Shown: positions 25,781-30,199 of the stretch, piece by piece | How positions within the stretch are numbered: position 1 is the stretch's first letter | Layout: every line of letters begins with the position of its first letter | NCBI GenBank assembly: GCA_965261025.1 | Contig: OZ253438.1 | Span: forward strand, 390,001-422,000 | Source: Chlamydiales bacterium | GTDB taxonomy: Bacteria; Chlamydiota; Chlamydiia; Chlamydiales; SM23-39 | Length of the DNA: 32,000 nucleotides | Direction: 5' to 3' | The notes under the pieces: model-generated | Told to the model about the DNA's origin: nothing | What the model saw: the letters and a program-made list of their open reading frames with translations, nothing else | Databases searched by the model: none | Made by a program: the position numbers and the translations under genes

Positions 25781-26068
25781 ATGAAAGATGAAATTGATAT
25801 TCAATTAAAAGAAGGGCTTACTAAAATAGATCCCTCTAAAATTATGTTAGATAAGACATTTCTTATTTCTGCTCTTTTAGAGTGTTTTGGAGATAGTGAT
25901 CCTGATGCATTCCTTGAAATTTTGGACGGATATATTATTGCCCATAACAAAACTGCCTTTGCAAAAAAAGCTGCTATTTCAAGAAGCACACTGTATGACA
26001 TGCTCCATGGAAGAAAAAATCCCACTCTTCGGGTATTAACTCAATGTATCCATGAATTAGTATCATAA
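25781..26068 (+). CDS. HTH antidote-like protein, paralog 1, copy A (no adjacent killer gene)
   Basis: 95 aa. ...AFLEILDGYIIAHNKTAFAKKAAISRSTLYDMLHGRKNPTLRVLTQCIHEL has the layout of the addiction-module antidote family (TIGR02684-like: helical N-part, HTH, R.sLY..L...gNPt...l). About 95% identical in DNA to 28194-28455. Confidence 0.7.
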   Translation: MKDEIDIQLKEGLTKIDPSKIMLDKTFLISALLECFGDSDPDAFLEILDGYIIAHNKTAFAKKAAISRSTLYDMLHGRKNPTLRVLTQCIHELVS

Positions 26069-26130
26069 AAGCACCCATGAAAAAACTAAAAAATTATAAA
26101 TCAGCACTAGTCGAAAGATTAAAAAACTCT
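25807..26130. repeat. Duplicated segment, copy A (324 nt)
   Basis: Aligns without indels to 28194-28517 (constant offset 2387). I count about 15 mismatches, most of them in the first 115 nt. Confidence 0.9.
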
Positions 26131-26370
26131 AAAGAAGCAGCCGTTTATTTAAATGCTGCTTTAGAAGAAGATGACTTAAAGGTCTTTTTAATTGCTTTAA
26201 GAGATGTAGTAGAAGCTCACGGAGGTGTTTCTCAGCTTGCTAAATCAACTAACCTAAACAGAGAAAGTCTTTATAGGACTCTATCCAAGCAAGGAAACCC
26301 TACCATTTTAAGCTTATTTCATATGTTGGACTCTTTGGGGTTAGAATTAAGTATTAGAGCCGCTGTCTGA
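26077..26370 (+). CDS. Addiction-module antidote protein (HigA-like, TIGR02684-type), paralog 2
   Basis: 97 aa. EAAVYLNAALEEDDLKVFLIALRDVVEAHGGVSQLAKSTNLNRESLYRTLSKQGNPTILSLFHMLDSLGLELSI is a near-textbook match to the family pattern as I recall it. Confidence 0.85.
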   Translation: MKKLKNYKSALVERLKNSKEAAVYLNAALEEDDLKVFLIALRDVVEAHGGVSQLAKSTNLNRESLYRTLSKQGNPTILSLFHMLDSLGLELSIRAAV

Positions 26371-26620
26371 GTAAACATAGTGGCCACGTTTTAGGCTAAT
26401 AATTTTTTCTTGTTTTACCTTCTTCAGTTCGTAAAGGAAATTATTGACTTTTTGCTTTTCTGGAGACAACGGATAATTTTCATAAAAGATCCCTAATCCT
26501 TTGCACACTTAGTAACTTATTTTTTCGATTAGGGAATCTGTCAAAACTTAATTTGAAATCTGTTCTTGGCCAAGCTTTTTTCTCTCGAGTAAGAGATCGT
26601 TTTCGAGCTATTGGTGCTCC

Positions 26621-26650
26621 TATACCCATTCTTGACCTGAAATGGGTATA
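26621..26650. promoter_or_regulatory. Perfect 10-bp inverted repeat (TATACCCATT-N10-AATGGGTATA), possible operator
   Basis: Arms at 26621-26630 and 26641-26650 are exact reverse complements. The spacer contains TTGACC, and TATAAT (26651-26656) follows directly. It lies 57 nt upstream of the ATG at 26707. Confidence 0.35.
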
Positions 26651-26706
26651 TATAATAGAGCGTTATTTGTTACAATTGTCTTCAAACTCTCTCTTAAGAG
26701 ACTAAA

Positions 26707-27636
26707 ATGAGTTATATTCACAGCTTTCTATCTTCTTCGTATTCCCCTGGGGGGATTGTCCAGGATCTGGTTTCTACCTGCTTTATAAATCCAGTTCTAG
26801 AAGATCAAGCATTAGATTTTTTTCGAAGATTCAACCTTGACACTCAGTCCTTGGACCCCTTATGCATCTCTTTACCCCAACAAGGCCTTATCCTTCTGAC
26901 AAATGCTATTGTTATAGTTCCTGCTGCGCTCATTTTTCCTGTATGGATTTATACCCATAACCTGTTGTCTATTTTTCTAGTAGCTTTCGCTGCCTTAGTT
27001 TTTTTAGCACAAATGATACGTATTCATATTTCAATTATTAGACAACCACCCTATCTCGGACACAAAATAGCTGAAAACTTAATATTGCAAACCAGTTTAC
27101 GACTAATGAGAAGCGAGATACCCCTGTCTGGTTCCCTTCGGGAAGCCCTTAGGGTTATCATGGGCCTTAACAGGCAACCTTCTCCGGCTTTAACTTTACT
27201 ATCTGTTTTTGATGAAGCTAATATGCAAAATGTAGCAAAAAAACTGCTGGAAGGATGTCCAGACGCTGTTGCATTGCTGGAAGAATATGACCCCGCTATT
27301 TATCAGTATTATATAGCAAAATTGATTTTCCTTTATGCTGTTGGGGAATTCTGCCAATCCGATCTTCCAAAGATAGATAATACCAACTTCTTTAAGCAAC
27401 AAACAGAAGATTTCATATTATCTATAAGAGAGCGCCTACTAAGCGGCATTATACAAGAGAGTGAAATAAGACAATGCCTGAATTTATTCAATAATCACCC
27501 AATTTCACTTCAAGACTTTCCTTCCTTCTTTAAAGAAGGTTTGGGTGATGTCGTTTTTTCAGAAATACGCATAGATGGCAATGTAATCCTATTCTTACAT
27601 TGGGCAGCCGCCTTTTCAATTACAGCAACTACCTAA
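26707..27636 (+). CDS. Inc-like membrane protein with bilobed hydrophobic domain
   Basis: 309 aa. Residues ~60-103 (GLILLTNAIVIVPAALIFPVWIY-THN-LLSIFLVAFAALVFLAQMI) form two TM helices joined by a very short loop, after a ~55-aa polar N-terminus. This architecture is used to recognise chlamydial inclusion-membrane proteins. The rest is predicted helical with no known domain. Confidence 0.5.
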   Translation: MSYIHSFLSSSYSPGGIVQDLVSTCFINPVLEDQALDFFRRFNLDTQSLDPLCISLPQQGLILLTNAIVIVPAALIFPVWIYTHNLLSIFLVAFAALVFLAQMIRIHISIIRQPPYLGHKIAENLILQTSLRLMRSEIPLSGSLREALRVIMGLNRQPSPALTLLSVFDEANMQNVAKKLLEGCPDAVALLEEYDPAIYQYYIAKLIFLYAVGEFCQSDLPKIDNTNFFKQQTEDFILSIRERLLSGIIQESEIRQCLNLFNNHPISLQDFPSFFKEGLGDVVFSEIRIDGNVILFLHWAAAFSITATT

Positions 27637-27688
27637 TTGATGTAATCGTTAACATGATCCACTCTTTTCAAAAGAGCTATGCTTCCAA
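27617..27688. repeat. Duplicated 'tail' segment, copy A (last 20 nt of the Inc-like ORF plus 52 nt downstream)
   Basis: Identical to 28518-28600 except for an 11-nt insertion in the latter. Confidence 0.9.
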
Positions 27689-27745
27689 AGTATAAGCTAC
27701 TTGAAACCTTTTAATCTATTTAGATCTTTTGCTGGGTTTCGTGGT

Positions 27746-27778
27746 CTTTTGGACTTTAGTGGCCCTGTATTGGCCTTC
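27746..27778. repeat. Border motif R3 (cttttggactttagTGGCCctgtatTGGCCttcc)
   Basis: Its first 19 nt are identical to R1. It contains a direct TGGCC...TGGCC repeat about one helical turn apart and lies about 70-100 nt upstream of the killer ORF. Confidence 0.7.
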
Positions 27779-27817
27779 CTGAAAAAACAATTAATTTTTT
27801 GACTTAATTTCTACTAC

Positions 27818-27846
27818 TTGCCAAACTGTCCGATATTTCGTACAAT
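27818..27846 (+). promoter_or_regulatory. Sigma70-like promoter candidate TTGCCA-17-TACAAT
   Basis: TTGCCA (27818-27823), a 17-nt spacer, then TACAAT (27841-27846). The -10 element overlaps the TTG that opens the killer ORF, so a transcript from here would start inside the annotated 5' end. Confidence 0.3.
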
Positions 27847-28160
27847 TGGACTTATCCATTATAGATATAAGTAGGACGCCAGATTTTGAAAGGTGGTTTG
27901 CAAGAGAGTCTCTAAAATCACAAGCTCAAATAGTAGCAAGGCTAACGAGGATACAAATTTATGATCACTTCGGTGATTATAAAGTATTGGGGGAAGATTT
28001 GCTGGAATTAAGATGGAAGTCTGGAAGAAGGGTCTATTTTACTATTTATGAGGATAAGGGAAGGCATGTTTTACTTCTATTAGGAGGAAATAAAAATGAC
28101 CAGAACAAAGACATTAAGAAGGCGAAAACACTTATCTCAAAATACAAAAAAGAATACTAA
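27846..28160 (+). CDS. Addiction-module killer protein (RelE/HigB-like, TIGR02683-type); start codon questionable
   Basis: IIDISRTPDFERWFARESLKSQAQIVARLTRIQ...GDYKVLGEDLLELRW.SGRRVYF...LLLLGGNKNDQNKDIKKAK follows the family pattern M.I..T..F..W......A.I..RL.RL..G..GD.K.vG.gv.ELR...G.GYRvYF....LLL.GGdKs.Q..DI..A. There is no in-frame ATG, only TTG at 27846 without an SD. ATT at 27858 sits where the family's Met normally aligns. Confidence 0.7.
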   Translation: MDLSIIDISRTPDFERWFARESLKSQAQIVARLTRIQIYDHFGDYKVLGEDLLELRWKSGRRVYFTIYEDKGRHVLLLLGGNKNDQNKDIKKAKTLISKYKKEY

Positions 28161-28455
28161 GCGAGCTTCTTTTACGCCGATTACTTTAAAAACAAAAGAA
28201 GGGCTTGCTAAAATAGATCCCTCTAAAATTATGTTACATAAGACATTTCTTATTACTGCTCTTTTAGAGTGTTTTGAAGATAATGACCCTGAGGCATTTT
28301 TGGAGATTTTGGATGGATATATTATTGCCCATAACAAAACTGCCTTTGCAAAAAAAGCTGCTATTTCAAGAAGCACACTGTATGACATGCTCCATGGAAG
28401 AAAAAACCCCACTCTTCGGGTATTAACCCAATGTATCCATGAATTAGTATCATAA
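28096..28455 (+). CDS. HTH antidote-like protein, paralog 1, copy B (downstream of the killer)
   Basis: The C-terminal 87 aa are near-identical to copy A. ATG 28096 is preceded by AGGAGG (28083-28088) at 7-nt spacing, supporting this start even though it lies 65 nt inside the killer ORF. This gives a Lys/Arg-rich N-terminal extension absent from copy A. Confidence 0.7.
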   Translation: MTRTKTLRRRKHLSQNTKKNTKRASFTPITLKTKEGLAKIDPSKIMLHKTFLITALLECFEDNDPEAFLEILDGYIIAHNKTAFAKKAAISRSTLYDMLHGRKNPTLRVLTQCIHELVS

Positions 28456-28600
28456 AAGCACCCATGAAAAAACTAAAAAATTATAAATCAACACTAGTCG
28501 AAAGATTAAAAAACTCTCAATTACAGCAACTACCTAATTGATGTATAGTTGTTGTAATCGTTAACATGATCCACTCTTTTCAAAAGAGCTATGCTTCCAA
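28194..28600. repeat. Duplicated segment, copy B (composite)
   Basis: 28194-28517 matches 25807-26130, and 28518-28600 matches 27617-27688. The junction at 28517/28518 corresponds to loss of about 1.49 kb (26131-27616) relative to copy A. Confidence 0.9.
28464..28541 (+). pseudogene. Truncated antidote paralog 2 (first 18 codons fused to the tail segment)
   Basis: MKKLKNYKSTLVERLKNS equals the first 18 aa of the 26077 gene with one substitution (A->T at residue 10). It then reads QLQQLPN* across the deletion junction. Confidence 0.75.
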
Positions 28601-28745
28601 CTAACATTGGAGCTAGCGCCTTATTTTTTGACGATTTTGCCTTTATATCAAGATTTATGACAAAATTGGGGTCAAAAGCATTTTTTACTAAAAAACAGAA
28701 ATTTTAAATAAGAGCAGATAGATAAATTCTTGACTTTGAGCAACA

Positions 28746-28818
28746 TAGCGGCAGATGGACTCGAACCAACGACCCACGGATTATGATTCCGTTGCTCTAC
28801 CAACTGAGCTATACCGCC
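28746..28818 (-). tRNA. tRNA-Met (anticodon CAU), elongator type; tRNA-Ile2 (lysidine) not excluded
   Basis: Hand-folded cloverleaf. Acceptor GGCGGTA/TGCCGCT (two G-T wobbles), D arm GCTC-AGTTGGTA-GAGC, anticodon arm ACGGA-ATCATAA-TCCGT, T arm GTTGG-TTCGAGT-CCATC (one mismatch), discriminator A. No encoded CCA. Confidence 0.85.
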
Positions 28819-28832
28819 CCTTTAGGGGAAAT

Positions 28833-28905
28833 TAGCGGGAGAAGGATTCGAACCTCCGACCTTTGGGTTATGAGCCCAACGAGCTAACCACTGCTCCATC
28901 CCGCG
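28833..28905 (-). tRNA. Initiator tRNA-fMet (anticodon CAU)
   Basis: CGCGGGATGGAGCAGTGGTTAGCTCGTTGGGCTCATAACCCAAAGGTCGGAGGTTCGAATCCTTCTCCCGCTA. It has three consecutive G-C pairs closing the anticodon stem (GGG/CCC) and an unpaired 1:72 position (C1 opposite U72), both initiator hallmarks. It lies 14 nt from the other tRNA. Confidence 0.85.
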
Positions 28906-28915
28906 ATAACTTGAG

Positions 28916-30181
28916 CTAAAGCTTATCCTTTAGAGATAATTCTACACAAGCTTTATCTAAAAAAAGGGACCAGGTCTTCTCTAGCGGGATTCTTAGATAT
29001 CTTTGTAGGGAAAAAGTGGCTTTTTGAAAGACTTCTAATTTTTCTTTATCTTGGTGGACCTTTTTTAAAAAGAGATACACCTCCTCTAGGGAAAGACATA
29101 CTCCTATTTTTTGTTCTAACGCAATTTTCTTCAATTCTTGCTGAGCTTTAGTATGAGGACCAAAAATTACTGGAGTATTGTATAAGGCGGGCTCTATCAG
29201 ATTATGTCCTTCCAGAGCAGGATCAAAGCTTCCTGCTACTATAGCAACATGGGAATACTTATAACAAAAAGGCAAAACTCCCATCTGATCTATCAAGATA
29301 AGAGTTGCTTTTTGTAGGGAGCTTTCTTCTTCTGAGAAAAGGGCGGTTTTTATCTTTAGCTTTTCTACAGCTTTGAGGAGAGAAAGTGCTCTTTCAGGAT
29401 GTCTAGGAGCTAAAAAAACTTTGAGTTTTTCTTCCTGTAATAAAGGTAAAATCTGCTGCAAAAGGAGTTTTTCTTCGGGATCGTGAGAGGAGCCTATTGT
29501 TAAAACAAAAAAGGGATTCAAAGAGAGGCTTTTTTCTACTTTTTTTTCCAGAGAGGGTTTTTTTAAAGAAACAGGATGAAGCTTCATATTCCCTGTGACA
29601 AAAAGCTTTTCTTTTGGAACTTTCAGCTTTAAGAAGCTCTTCTTATATTCCTCATTTTGTAATAAAAATAGATCGATATAGGAAAAAAGCTTTTTAGAAA
29701 AAAAGGGAAGCTTAGAAAACCTAGCACAAGACCTTTCAGAAATCTTCCCATTTAAGAGCACCACCTTTGCTTTTGCTTTTTTAGCGTAATAAAGCATATT
29801 CTTCCAAAAATCTCCTTCCATCAGAAATAGGAAGGTAGGAGCTATTTTTAGAATTTTTCTCTGAATCCAAGAAAAATCAAAAGGAAGATAGAAGACTTTT
29901 AGGAAGGGAATCTTTTTAGCCTCTTCAAATCCCGTTACAGTCACTGTAGATAAGAAAAAAGCCCCTTCTGGGAAGTTTTTTTGCATCTTCTCTAAAAAAG
30001 GACGCAGTGCTTTAACTTCCCCAAAAGAGACCGCATGGAACCAAAATTTTTCCTTTTTAAAGGAAAAGAGCTCTTTTGGGAAAAAAACTCTAGCCCTAAC
30101 TTGCGGGAATCTTTTTTTAGAAAAGCAAGATAGCACCGCCTGAATAAGCAGGAGAAAAAAAAGAGCAAGATTATAGAGCAA
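28916..30181 (-). CDS. waaA: 3-deoxy-D-manno-octulosonic acid (Kdo) transferase
   Basis: 421 aa with an N-terminal membrane anchor, WFHAVSFGEVKALRPFLEKM (the HAVSxGE motif of WaaA/KdtA) and a GT-B C-terminal half. Uses TTG at 30181 as the start. Confidence 0.9.
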   Translation of the reverse strand: MLYNLALFFLLLIQAVLSCFSKKRFPQVRARVFFPKELFSFKKEKFWFHAVSFGEVKALRPFLEKMQKNFPEGAFFLSTVTVTGFEEAKKIPFLKVFYLPFDFSWIQRKILKIAPTFLFLMEGDFWKNMLYYAKKAKAKVVLLNGKISERSCARFSKLPFFSKKLFSYIDLFLLQNEEYKKSFLKLKVPKEKLFVTGNMKLHPVSLKKPSLEKKVEKSLSLNPFFVLTIGSSHDPEEKLLLQQILPLLQEEKLKVFLAPRHPERALSLLKAVEKLKIKTALFSEEESSLQKATLILIDQMGVLPFCYKYSHVAIVAGSFDPALEGHNLIEPALYNTPVIFGPHTKAQQELKKIALEQKIGVCLSLEEVYLFLKKVHQDKEKLEVFQKATFSLQRYLRIPLEKTWSLFLDKACVELSLKDKL

Positions 30182-30199
30182 ACTTGAGCCTTTTTTAGA

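Larger units (their letters stand above)
24970..28745. mobile_element. Decayed tRNA-associated genomic island (TA modules plus Inc-like gene; no integrase)
   Basis: Bounded by the tRNA-fragment copy (24924-24969) and the intact tRNA-Met(CAU) 3' end (28746). Content is addiction modules, duplicated segments and one membrane protein, flanked on both sides by housekeeping and LPS genes. Confidence 0.55.

Noticed and set aside
25801-26025. 74-aa minus-strand ORF, with its twin at 28137-28412 (91 aa), apparently 'conserved' in two copies
   Set aside because: Both lie antisense within the duplicated HTH antidote-1 genes. Their conservation is simply a consequence of the DNA duplication. The sense-strand product has a recognisable HTH family pattern, while the antisense peptide has none.
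26347-26508. 53-aa minus-strand ORF (GTG start) in the antidote-2/Inc-like intergenic region: VCKGLGIFYENYPLSPEKQKVNNFLYELKKVKQEKIISLKRGHYVYSDSGSNT
   Set aside because: It has no ATG, no SD and no family resemblance that I can name, and it overlaps the antidote-2 3' end. In AT-rich DNA an ORF of this size is not unexpected. It is worth a tblastn, but I cannot support it as a feature.
26632-26656. TTGACC ... TATAAT as a promoter for the Inc-like gene
   Set aside because: The hexamers are individually good, but the spacer is only 13 nt, too short for a standard sigma70 promoter. I report only the inverted repeat that surrounds them.
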